DNA of 64,000 nucleotides from a methanogenic archaeon. Its GTDB lineage: Archaea > Thermoplasmatota > Thermoplasmata > Methanomassiliicoccales > Methanomethylophilaceae. The notes beneath the pieces were generated by a model, which saw nothing but the letters and a program-made list of their open reading frames with translations, was not told the origin of the DNA and did not search any database. The stretch spans positions 1,084 through 65,083 of the forward strand of contig CACWTF010000001.1 in NCBI GenBank assembly GCA_902763685.1, read 5' to 3'. The position numbers and the translations under genes are program-made. This document shows, piece after piece, positions 24,301 to 27,477 of the stretch; the first letter of the stretch is position 1; each line of letters begins with the position of its first letter.

Positions 24301-24483
24301 GACATTCGAGTCGTACGACCAAGTACCGATATCCTCTCCGCCCACGGCCTTTATCGTATTCGATACGGCCGCATCCGATTCATCAGAGCTGACGAACAGA
24401 CCCGCGACCCCCAGCAGCATGACCGCTGTGAGTAACACGAGACCATAGGTTGCCCTCATGCGTTTGTTTTTCCACACATCCAT
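3316..24483 (-). CDS. Giant (7055 aa) cell-surface adhesin-like protein: BspA-type LRR_5 repeats, about 10 InlB-B/Listeria-Bacteroides repeats, C-terminal TM anchor
   Basis: Signal peptide (..LLGVAGLFVSSDESDAA), hundreds of xIGxxAFxxCxxLxxIxLP repeats, C-terminal repeats with GYxFxGW, and a final hydrophobic helix followed by RFRR. Confidence 0.93.
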   Translation of the reverse strand: MDVWKNKRMRATYGLVLLTAVMLLGVAGLFVSSDESDAAVSNTIKAVGGEDIGTWSYDSNVLTLTATDTTKEPDSFASVTGVDFTACTTVEVVGFSAQYHAKLQTMADAILEPDIPIVYGQDVISVNGKIGTWSMNGQTLTLEPVADTAEICTELVGMNNWANVETILIHATEKSTKAFRSDQTTFLRSQAVNATVIKYTGELPNWQSTNGNVWYYDCGNTLYLDSSNGTDLPAYGNNATTIFNGYYFVDSITDINISYFTGKGGYLFKDFTNAVRITSNSIQTIEKTMLYNSGSSAESTIKEIHFTAVTSLAASLFESFTNLVVADLPNVNSVGNKAFWKCSNLTTVNLSTSLSTIGETAFENCTSLTSINTLGSITILNHYTFKNCTSLESIALPSTLTKINYQVFYNSGITSITIPDNCTTIENSYNGMGVFENCVNLRTVVLGSGLLTIGSRAFLGSGVSGTIYFPKSLTSIGEYAFDTCSNLQGIVFHDQTGDLLIYQKAFVCCTSLQSIVLHSQTQITTYESVFGNCPSLISVDIDVPKLTLGTKTFVGCIHLASVDFSKSAVAIGAYSFTSAQVYSAKTGASVTYGRCIDLVSVKFGDKESSIGNNAFGDGTPSNACSNLTYVDFGTNMKSIGENAFCNCTNLVGASETEPGVYAPINLSQKLATLSYRSFYNCTNLTGVVLDADCPLDTISSEAFCYNSNLKGNVTIPKAVVTIKSSAFNGCRNLQSVSIPGTVLDTIESNAFVNCTNLQSVSITGNGLKTIGDSAFSGCTHLEAFGFTTSSLETIGNNAFNGCNNLSGNYVFPTTLKTIGTSSFRNCWKLGNIEFTGTSFTTVGQEAFYCDYANRETLRGPASVIIPNSLTSIGYRAFYGCTNLSTADIGWNPAVPGNFANRTFDTCTGLVSVTLHEGILNIGTDCFLYCYSLETVVFSNTITSVPYETFYNCSSLKNVTLGDGVRTIEYKAFYNCSALESINLNKVEYIGQPDITQSLDNHRTFFNCPNLVSVTAEYAKEIYFHAFEACGALQSIRLGTTMNVFDENAIYYENRTNVITSITLAETGTGKFFVYENGLYNDTTLVLYAGGLAQPITIHPSTKTIYERVCYKSSITGTVVIPASVQSIGMYAFYDCNSINEVILECTKADVFKTAEGSYESVTYNYSRAFAECGGIVKITIPNTVRVGYVFNYWYYENTGSLTELTITGTGASGLGNYYEKYYAGTPWYRCGDSGKLAVNFTGTITTVDSYMFYKVEKVRSVTFCDSVSTIGTNAFNGCSKINNLHLSNNLKNVGENAFLNCTAVTDLYCPLTFDVTQIGTKFTKLKNLTISVGSGNTVSYDSVTCQDLPWTNKGSTRINEFVLKFESNVLTIGDYTFFGANIKGLTFDDELETIGQYAFAGMPNTNLTELVLPNAIDAIGEHAFRDCTLFTTAYLPITFDYAIDIFSNCPRLTYFYFTVGTDGEGHDYTSASVSETVWAQTALNEAVTVYIESGVKSIGEYMFYGCSSMSPGGSALGISAVTFPDTLNTISAHAFENCANMNGIVFGNGLEIIEDYAFSGCSEINPAINLPSSLTTLGEGSFRNCNKATTLTIPISVNAVAHNAVPAFDGCSSIITYNFIGSAPGADYSNSASNNNYYALAPWNKVLNPTLNFTDTTSIGNYMFYGMAFSGTIQKLPDTVASIGNYAFANVTKLTTIYNQSNGAIASLTSIGEGAFMNSTLRFLNANDRVSITAVTNVGAHAFEHSAITRVILGTPSLNITVGNWAFNECPVLTTISIDGSVDTLYYETFRSPSTEDSFVSPLTTISAPRVTSFRCSLADNFPNLATVDISGSTNFGNNAGLFRNCINLTSVQLNTSAASAYELPAYMFAGCSKLPSISLNKVSLIKGHEFEGCALLTGVALTSSTTVPEYAFADCTSLANVSAPLVVTIGAHAFENTAVTAFDTATFPLVQTVGDYGFAGDTHLTKVQFNDTLYSVGVYAFNGCSDLDNSDLGYALDTNNVRTIGDYAFGGTKLQSVDIQKDLEALGVGAFNISTLANVSVDSQNTVFASPEGSGMLYNYALTELILIPAQINRTDVTLADTLTNIRAYAAYGATIKGVLTIPVTVTSIGEHAFDGSSISKLIMSYNSSPVVINVGERAFSNCGLLTDLVLSYAVKYGGVFLGSENIASIEFVGSYASSMLNYYTPENYDQMPWYSSNNDISVVFNPANEQVYNYIFYRPAADTTIVSITIGENINKIGQYAFTNNAGLTDLVLPSTMDLLQNNCLDGCIGIRNITFPINLDMAIDSGNIGIVQLDSVTLIPGAVPGVIDYSNTYERAIWHSSPNAYAVTVSAGITAIGNGMHLRASSLTISDDLQTIGKYAFSESTFASLDLKSVTTVEDNAFENCDSLTSVIIPSGITKIGNKAFYSCDSLGRLRGPITYAYTKEMFEGSESLKDFEFTYGDGGVGADYTSVAMTPWKAVLSYGTPLSPTVVFEDTITAIGDHMFDGCFADYGTDKFGISGPLVLPNKITTIGVSAFEGCAGIQSVNLATCSQLTTIGDNAFSGCLGLKNALVFGNAVQTIGAYAFAGCNLLTSITLGPSVQSLSAGTFQNCGNLTEITLPISLNAVADSSVPAFVGCNVAKVNFTGSAAGCDYTDVPTSNRFYQKTPWYLSGTSSFTFSNDVTSIGTNTFRGCTAFAGELVLPASLVAISSNAFESTRISKITATNVSTIGSSAFRNSSLEIVQLNKVTVVPAQAFEGCASLSKCTFGAVTSVGERAFSGSGIKTINSNSNGTVSLTALRTVGSNAFAGSGVEIVTLGSAAVDLDMGAGVFLDCESLRTLQIDGNVYTLPADTFKNGSSDFTSVLESFTADSVRTMLADVSGFASLNTVSLTGTTEFGSGSAAASFKDCVALQEVSLYSGDSSVLVMLPASMFEGCTALTDINLGNADLSNSRVFYGCTALTSASPVNTATIGNEAFRGCTSLSSVTATKATTVGADAFRDTGLTAIAAATFPAATVFGANAFNGCTSLTSLKIPANLEMIGESCFVGTALTEIVDGVMPKVTAVGAYAFYNVSTLAGTLSMPAVVSVGTSAFEGTGLSAVSFGDSLVSLEISALDIATLTTITVSADNPSYATFNGALYSKDYGQLIRVPNLIGSDLVLHQDLVTILPEASKNCSLTGKLTVPANVISIGEEAFAGTGITELVLLNGEHDSVRARAFADCDTLRILTLPFTVKYANVFEGTENIERITFTGTRTSFLDTYYSDMNDADPTKHNYELMPWSTNVSPIDIVFAEGIEEIDSYMFYNADPDNTVRTLSLPEGMTKIGAYALYNCAGLSTITIPNSMETLDECCLAGCSGITDLTVPVDLDLAIDSADSSKSIGITSLIKIKFTYGKYGVGFNYTADIRSSLIWNNCSEPYAVEYENGITSTGNYTYLKAKSVSFPSTLATIGKYAFPDSTFETLSIPASVTTVDDYAFSGCALLKTLTLPEGITKVGTGAFRNCAVLTTLNAPITVMYTAAMFDGCVKLNIFNFTKGPNGVGAAYLATTVTPWKRVAETTANPVIGFSEDITSIGNYMFYSCYKQVSSTESRGIYGTISMPRSLVTIGDYAFYGDAKVTTFALSRCTGLETIGAHAFDGCAGITSITLGPSVVTLGMNAFANCTSVTSLEIPISLDAVGDNDNPAFAGCQIANIKFTGTGAGCTYYVDPSEGPCYKMTPWYISGTTNVDLEAVVSIGDNMFRDCTNVTGDLTMPLVETIGAHAFDGTSITSVQTAKVHTIGAGTFSNSQVQNVNLPLVTVIPEAAFENCSALTNATFGNVTSVGAGAFRNSAVSTINSATLGTVSLPSVVSVGDGAFASSGVVNITLGTPGVGLRIGSSVLLDCALLRAAYFKGTVPSLPYDTFRNDLSTFESQLTTFEANETAVLNADFRGFAKLVNASFTSATAFGNGTFKDCTALKNVGLYSSTNNASNTELIVLPRSMFENCSALTTIDLANVDLENGREFYGCRSLTSANLASSGMAPNESFYGCQKLATITAPELWFIGDYAFYGCGFTVLDGSAFPAVQHIGKNAFADCASLTSFASNADLGEIGREAFVGTALTEFTGTLEAVNIIGNKAFYNVSTLGGIFSLPTVSSIGDNAFDGTSVERFVFSSALRTLGDLALKSPQLKAIELSDDNRYFDLENGILYNEGKTVMITCPAKNAVSNLVLPATLESILHYAAYGSSLSGTLTLPESIKATASIAVAVAEYAFAESKGITALDLRYAGQNITHETAFQNCTGVQSLRVSNTVKLGNIFAFENSISQYTFFGGQSSGLENYYENNYTTMPWAYAGSSVRASIVFESGATVDPFMFCFENPSTTIVSATLTPVGSIGINAFRNCAGLADLVLSDDIRTLDPSVLTNCSGLKRLTAPISLNLAVNASGNVGDLDMELIHFTPGTKTGFSYTDNYRNTLWYSETQKNYNVVLDEGIQSIGDNMYLKPLDNVTFPSTLKSIGANAFCGSMMNAVILNEGLETLGDNAFGETPIRSLTVPNSLVVSDANAAPFKNCTQLESVTLPITISYANKMFDGCTSLTSYLFTKGPDGQNAGVGANYTSSDVSKTPWYIRSQTSKITVEFGPGIVSIGEYMFYGCSGVNGAVDLSGIKSVGMYAFSGCVSIASVDFGNAMETIGAHAFEKCSEIRSIVLGVSVKQIGAGTFSNCSSVTSLTLPMSLDTVRDDMDPAFAGCSMIASVTFIGTEDGFQYSDSVGSNNYYRYTPWYISDSSGKTVIIIENGIPSIGKNTFRGCSAIDETVELPTSVRSVGEYAFSGCSGIDQLVIGSVLTNVGKGAFADCGSVRSLTLPINLNAVSYADEPIFEGMNGLSEIHFTGSAGWTYTGTTGVSYYQLTPWYSNSTSLAVDFADSVTSIGAYMFCGCRSLQDPIVLNNVNTIGEYAFQNCSGLKGVTAENVSTAGKYCFDGCHELTAVSMGSLRSVAPYMFRDTETLGAVTLSNSCNSIGEHAFENSGVYRINSAGNSVVLTNVSNIGAYAFAGSKVANVVIGSEGGSCTMGDYVFNGCQNLETLQINCQVNTLPYNTFRSAEAMNYAPRLSSIKGSRITNFYANLSDFRELKLVEIPGTTGFAGTVAGTAVAASFKNCDSLAKVVLYNTSSTSYRYTLPAEIFMGCSALSNINLTYANINANNGREFYGCTSLTTAEMLYSTAIADYTFFGCEDLERVNLPKVKTVGQYAFAESGLTKIETADMASVTTLNAHAFDSCISLQTVDLPALASVNITTEVTHGQTAAYTDVFYGCTGLTQVSVNALKSISTAMFFGCDKLETVSAESATAIEVLAFYGCRALQNAEFPLVTVIGNPDADVQYGENGFIGIDSYSVFYNCSMLSSFQAPRLTSIGALAFCNCSSLVAFNDSTEFVIGNTVNSIGTGAFSGIGASDVTLGETATNGIKRISDYVFYDCPQLVNFTSVSLTEVPEHTFNNSNLNAKAVNSQLEHISVPAATKFFASLHGITSLLTVDVSSATEFGDAVFYGCTGLHTVQLKETGTVNLSARMFYNCTDLANINLERAVLPSNLQVSSSGSVFFGCEKLQSVRFDIATVISASAFQGCTFLKSVEMPMVTNIGKDAFNGCTALNSVAAPRMAVLEENAFYGCQALNGLNPNEDGVSGFIRITSIGKNAFYGCGFTKAVLGPMLTSLGPYAFANNRSLTELVLSNSLTSVSEYAFYNCPLATVYVSSTVKTVGANAFNYGSSNATEATFYFNGPLSEISFANGAINGSNKVDVTVVGTLDSEEVYDLLLRDDQFANLGGSRFEGRNMGTVTIESYDDNIIPYISDIRVLYGSKFVLPFYSSGTGYQDYYFASLNGSILAMYASEDDFALGRIARSGDAVSVFALENYGGLDFRAYPDAAALEGKSEIELVTNGNGERVRPESVTVHYGMLYTIPSFESDQTHISSLVLLGPGELEIPIDENTISIYIGYGFNEVSMQSADTTVTVYFFRDGVRYEATVLLRSPFVYPDSLKNDKGENVLEIPAPGYEFVGWYSAENGGYKADSTTTFKNGQAWYARFSALPYTVEVRDSNGTYATVNVLGPYVLYNTDGDLYYTDLNNSEKRILIRSIDVEGYTITTYMDSGYKAIGVGADTGSLTGDRFVVINKTVKYYSIQLEFLFNGEKVADSETFTISNWLTPENTYSNASPKIENVPFTTFKQGLVVPAPLSDKYTLSQLVVNDRPVVYTDNQYVVDNTYLNLSTDVKMSFVLVSGQFSINFDVGDDAGSVINNGLVYSQHDIITIIADTGFEKVGYTFRGFTIPGYTGLLAPMTQVELTEDMIDKSKYCVVTATGVWAELDYSVRFDLNGYTGQDAPAPLTGIQIGMTITLPSSASISRVGQEITGWHFILGETKIGTQSHATNFVLEKIMLEEFADSNRTLTLQCEWSAKSYTVQVDPDSGTKQFLDIKNVKYGDTITLWDIGSYSKSFMMFGGWSVGPDGTKYPSAATARIDDEIANYGDTHNGIITFYFVWISNEYRIQYDLGEGGISGNPPIDNNIYIVDVTDLTLAGSDGFQKRGYSFAGWKYSPTSTTIYVSTGKFDSRLATSADSNGVVTLYAVWDQKEYKIAYNLKGGIAGPFAPVSVMYGEDVKISSPTQAGYDFLGWRASTASTSSGVLDPGASYESSSGFVPWDGTKTVKRSGYDYNVFRDLCATDGGTVVFEAVWDNATYSVSYDRMGGTGTIINEITQIKVGDVITLPTFSGASKTGYTFGGWSIDGTNPIQPGTLFSTDMVEGGVNTVVFVAVWDANPYTVKYRYTADQTYATMDANYTVAFRVPTYDRSGYTFGGWSINGADSNAMWSNDGVSWYKIGTSTVKGTYFKNLTSALNGTVTIDALWQPIPYRLVYNANGGTGQVPIDSGLYVIGDKVELKDYHVLDGTNGSKVIIGWSLDSKGSTTTITEFTEGLASRADVTNTIILYAAWIEGLCNVSIDLTGITVSEIPAGWVQSTPGVYTTSVEYGSSMKDVMSAWDRVTLTKDGYSFSGWNYGSGTVSGNIQVNPTFEEVDMNIMYIFAGVIGAAIAGVVVLTRFRR

Positions 24484-24509
24484 CCTATCTCACTCTCTCT
24501 TGTTTTTCT

Positions 24510-25568
24510 TCAGACCATCGCGTCCGCGAGGTAGCTTCCCGCCATCGCACGGAGGCGGTCCCCGTCCTCTGCACGGGGTATGACCCTGTATCCCGGGGCC
24601 GACATGAACATCATCTCGGCATCGGTCTCGGTCCGGTCCTTCTCCCTGTTATAATAGTTCCAATCCAGGTCGATCCGGATCACGGAGACGCCGGTGGCGT
24701 CGCCCTCGGTGTTTATCTCCGCACGGTACTTGATAAGGAACGCCCCGTCCGTGCGGTTGGCGGAGGATTTCCTTGCCACATAGGCGCCGAACAGCACGTC
24801 GGTGCTGATCAGCAGTGCATAGGGGAGCACGCCGGAGGACGAACCTCCCAGCCCCATCCCCTTGAGGAAGATGTTGCACCACATCATCGGCCCTTCGTAA
24901 TCGGCCATGTTGCGGTCGCTGACACACCTTCCGAAGTCGCGGTCGATGTCCTCGGATGATGGGATCTCCTCCATCTCCGCGACCAGTGATTTCAGTCCCT
25001 TCTTGTTCCTGCTGTCCCCGGTCCTCCTGATGAGGGCCTCCAGGGTGCTCTTGATGAGCCGGTTCTCCGGCCTGTCCTGGGAGTAGGTCTCGTATTCCAC
25101 GTAGATCCTCTCCTTGTGGATGAAGTTCTGGCGGATGTGCTCGTTGAACATGATCCTGCCCTTGAACGCCTTCTCGTTCCCCTCCACGCTGTGGTATTTG
25201 GACCTCAGTCCCTTCTGGAGGAGCCTTCCCACTGTATCTATGAACACCCTGACGCAGAACTCGAAGAGGTTCGCGTAATCCTCCCTTTTGGTCTCCATGC
25301 CGAACACGGAGTACATCAGTTCGATGAGTATCTTACCGGAATCCCCTTCTAGCCTGAGGTTGGGGATCCGGGGGACGAGGTTCAGTATACCCCCGTCCCT
25401 GAAGTTGATCTGGCCGATGCACTTCTCCGCGGTGAATACGGGTCCGCGGGGGGAGTCGGTCAGTCTGAGATGTCCCTCGCAGAGCGGCAGCTCGGCCATG
25501 GCAGCGATCTGCTTGGATTCGAGCTGTTCCATTATCATGGATTCGCCTTCGGTGAGGGACGCGTACAC
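24510..25568 (-). CDS. mcrC: McrC-family protein with apparently degenerate PD-(D/E)xK nuclease motif
   Basis: McrC-like core (LFEFCVRVF..LLQKGLRSKY..EGNEKAFKGRI..YETYSQDRPENRLIK), directly downstream of the McrB-like gene. The expected DxK position reads IDLDW. Confidence 0.8.
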   Translation of the reverse strand: MYASLTEGESMIMEQLESKQIAAMAELPLCEGHLRLTDSPRGPVFTAEKCIGQINFRDGGILNLVPRIPNLRLEGDSGKILIELMYSVFGMETKREDYANLFEFCVRVFIDTVGRLLQKGLRSKYHSVEGNEKAFKGRIMFNEHIRQNFIHKERIYVEYETYSQDRPENRLIKSTLEALIRRTGDSRNKKGLKSLVAEMEEIPSSEDIDRDFGRCVSDRNMADYEGPMMWCNIFLKGMGLGGSSSGVLPYALLISTDVLFGAYVARKSSANRTDGAFLIKYRAEINTEGDATGVSVIRIDLDWNYYNREKDRTETDAEMMFMSAPGYRVIPRAEDGDRLRAMAGSYLADAMV

Positions 25569-25570
25569 TC

Positions 25571-26566
25571 TCAGTCAGCCCCCTTGTACATGTCTATGTA
25601 GTTCTGAGGGTTCAGGAACACGTTGTAGTCGGTCTCGATGTCGTACACATCGGGGAGGTTGAAGTTCATCTGGAACCTGTTCCTCTTCCTCAGCTTGATG
25701 AACTTGCACTGCCTGGGATCGCTTGCTTTTCCCAGGACCCAGCACATCTTCTCGTAATCGTCGAAGAAGTAGTCCTGCAGCTGCGGGATGATCTTGTTGA
25801 TCATGCACTGGGCCAGGTCGTCGATTGTCTTGACCGGAATGAAATAAGCATGACCCAGCATGTGCTCCCTGTCGTAGAGCAGCTCGATCCTGTTGTTGAT
25901 GGTGGCGAGGAGCTTGGAGAGATCGACCTCCATGATCCTCCTTCCCTTCAGGACGTCGGGATCGGGCATCATCTCCACGAACTCGAACCTACGCCTGAGT
26001 GCGGCGTCGAGTGCGGTAAGCGACTTGTCGGCGGTGTTCATGGTTCCCAGCACGTACACGTTCGCGGGTACCGAGAACTTGACCTTCATCTGTGCCAGGA
26101 ATACCTCGAGACACTCGGGCATACCCTTCCTCCTGGAACTCTCCAGAAGGGTGATGAGCTCTCCGAAGATACGGGAGATGTTACCACGGTTGATCTCATC
26201 GATGATGAACACGCAGTTGCCCACGTCGGTGGGGGAGTCGGTCTTGACGGGATTCTCGGAGGAGACGCAGAACTTGTAGAACGCACCGGGAGTGGGTGTG
26301 TAGATGAGCTCTCCGGTCTCGGTGACCTCCGGCCTGATTCCCTCGATGAAATCGTCGTAGCTGAGGGACTGGTGGAAGGTCATGAAGGCGATCCTGCCCA
26401 TCTTGGTGTATCTGTCGTACTTCTCGAGGTTGCCGTCGTATCCGTCCGCTATCACATCTTCCAGGGGACGGTTCTCGATGATAGCCACTGCGTAGTTGAC
26501 CACGTTGTAGGTCTTACCGGTTCCCGGGGGACCGTAGAGCAGCAGGTTGTTCGAGATCTTCTCCAT
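25571..26566 (-). CDS. mcrB: McrB-family AAA+ GTPase with no N-terminal DNA-binding domain
   Basis: Walker A GPPGTGKT starts at about residue 12. Also TFHQSLSYDDFIEG, Walker B IIDEINRG, signature MNTADKS, ALRRRF and GHAYF. Confidence 0.9.
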   Translation of the reverse strand: MEKISNNLLLYGPPGTGKTYNVVNYAVAIIENRPLEDVIADGYDGNLEKYDRYTKMGRIAFMTFHQSLSYDDFIEGIRPEVTETGELIYTPTPGAFYKFCVSSENPVKTDSPTDVGNCVFIIDEINRGNISRIFGELITLLESSRRKGMPECLEVFLAQMKVKFSVPANVYVLGTMNTADKSLTALDAALRRRFEFVEMMPDPDVLKGRRIMEVDLSKLLATINNRIELLYDREHMLGHAYFIPVKTIDDLAQCMINKIIPQLQDYFFDDYEKMCWVLGKASDPRQCKFIKLRKRNRFQMNFNLPDVYDIETDYNVFLNPQNYIDMYKGAD

Positions 26567-26577
26567 TTCAAATCACT

Positions 26578-27447
26578 TCAGAGCGTGTCTTCGTCCTCGG
26601 TGGGATCGAACAGGGCATCGTCGAACTCGGTGTTGTTGAGGTTCTCGTCGAAGGTCAGCTCGGCGTTGACGGGGCCCTCAGTGATGGCGATTCCCTTGGA
26701 ATTCTTTCCTTCGGTCACCTTCACGTTGAACTCGGAGGTCACGACGATGGTCTTGCCGATGTAGCCGAAGGTGCACATGACGGTGAGGGTACCCTCCTCG
26801 AGCCCCTCGTCCCTGAACCTCATCCTGTACACGCTGTATCCGGGAACGGATTTCACGCACTTGGTGAGGATGACCTCCTTGTTGCCGCTTGCGTACTCCA
26901 TCTCCACGTCCACGGACTTAGGGTTGGCACCGAAGAGGCAGTTGACATAGAGCTCTCCGGACACAGCGTAGCCGTCGTCGTTGAGCTTGGAGAGACCGGT
27001 GAGCCTGTTCTTGGTGTAGGGTCCGCCCACGGTAACGAGCGTCTGGGTCTCGTAGGGTGCGTCGATCTTGTCGAGCGATTTGATGAGGACCACGATCCCG
27101 AAGAAACCGAGGATCCAGAAGATGACGAACACTCCCAGGGCGACGGTGTCGAGGTGGTTGAGGTTCATCAGCATGGCGAACATCATGAGGACGAGTGCAC
27201 CGGCGATGCCGAATGCGAACATCCTGATCTTCTTGGGCTGCTCGTTCATGTGCCTGACCGCGGGGCTGTCGCACTCGCTGGTGACCTTGGCTCCCTCCGC
27301 CTTGTAGACGGAGAGGGTGCTGTCGTGCTCTTTCTTGAAGAAGAGGACGCTGTCGCCGGGTTTCACGTTGAGGGATTTCATGACTCCCTCTTCGAGGACC
27401 ACCTTGCGGTAGTCGTCGATTTTTGCGGATCCGATAATTTTAACCAT
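26578..27447 (-). CDS. Membrane protein: N-terminal AbrB/SpoVT-like domain, two TM helices, C-terminal beta-rich domain
   Basis: N-terminus KIDDYRKVVLEEGVMKSLNVKPGDSVLF fits the AbrB swapped-hairpin pattern. Two hydrophobic segments lie at about aa 75-122, and the tail is acidic. Confidence 0.65.
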   Translation of the reverse strand: MVKIIGSAKIDDYRKVVLEEGVMKSLNVKPGDSVLFFKKEHDSTLSVYKAEGAKVTSECDSPAVRHMNEQPKKIRMFAFGIAGALVLMMFAMLMNLNHLDTVALGVFVIFWILGFFGIVVLIKSLDKIDAPYETQTLVTVGGPYTKNRLTGLSKLNDDGYAVSGELYVNCLFGANPKSVDVEMEYASGNKEVILTKCVKSVPGYSVYRMRFRDEGLEEGTLTVMCTFGYIGKTIVVTSEFNVKVTEGKNSKGIAITEGPVNAELTFDENLNNTEFDDALFDPTEDEDTL

Positions 27448-27477
27448 TGTTTTACTCCCTTGGTTTGTTAAACGGTT

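Noticed and set aside
3316-24483. Diversity-generating retroelement acting on the adhesin
   Set aside because: There is no reverse transcriptase in the window and I noticed no template/variable repeat pair. This was not exhaustively checked by computation.
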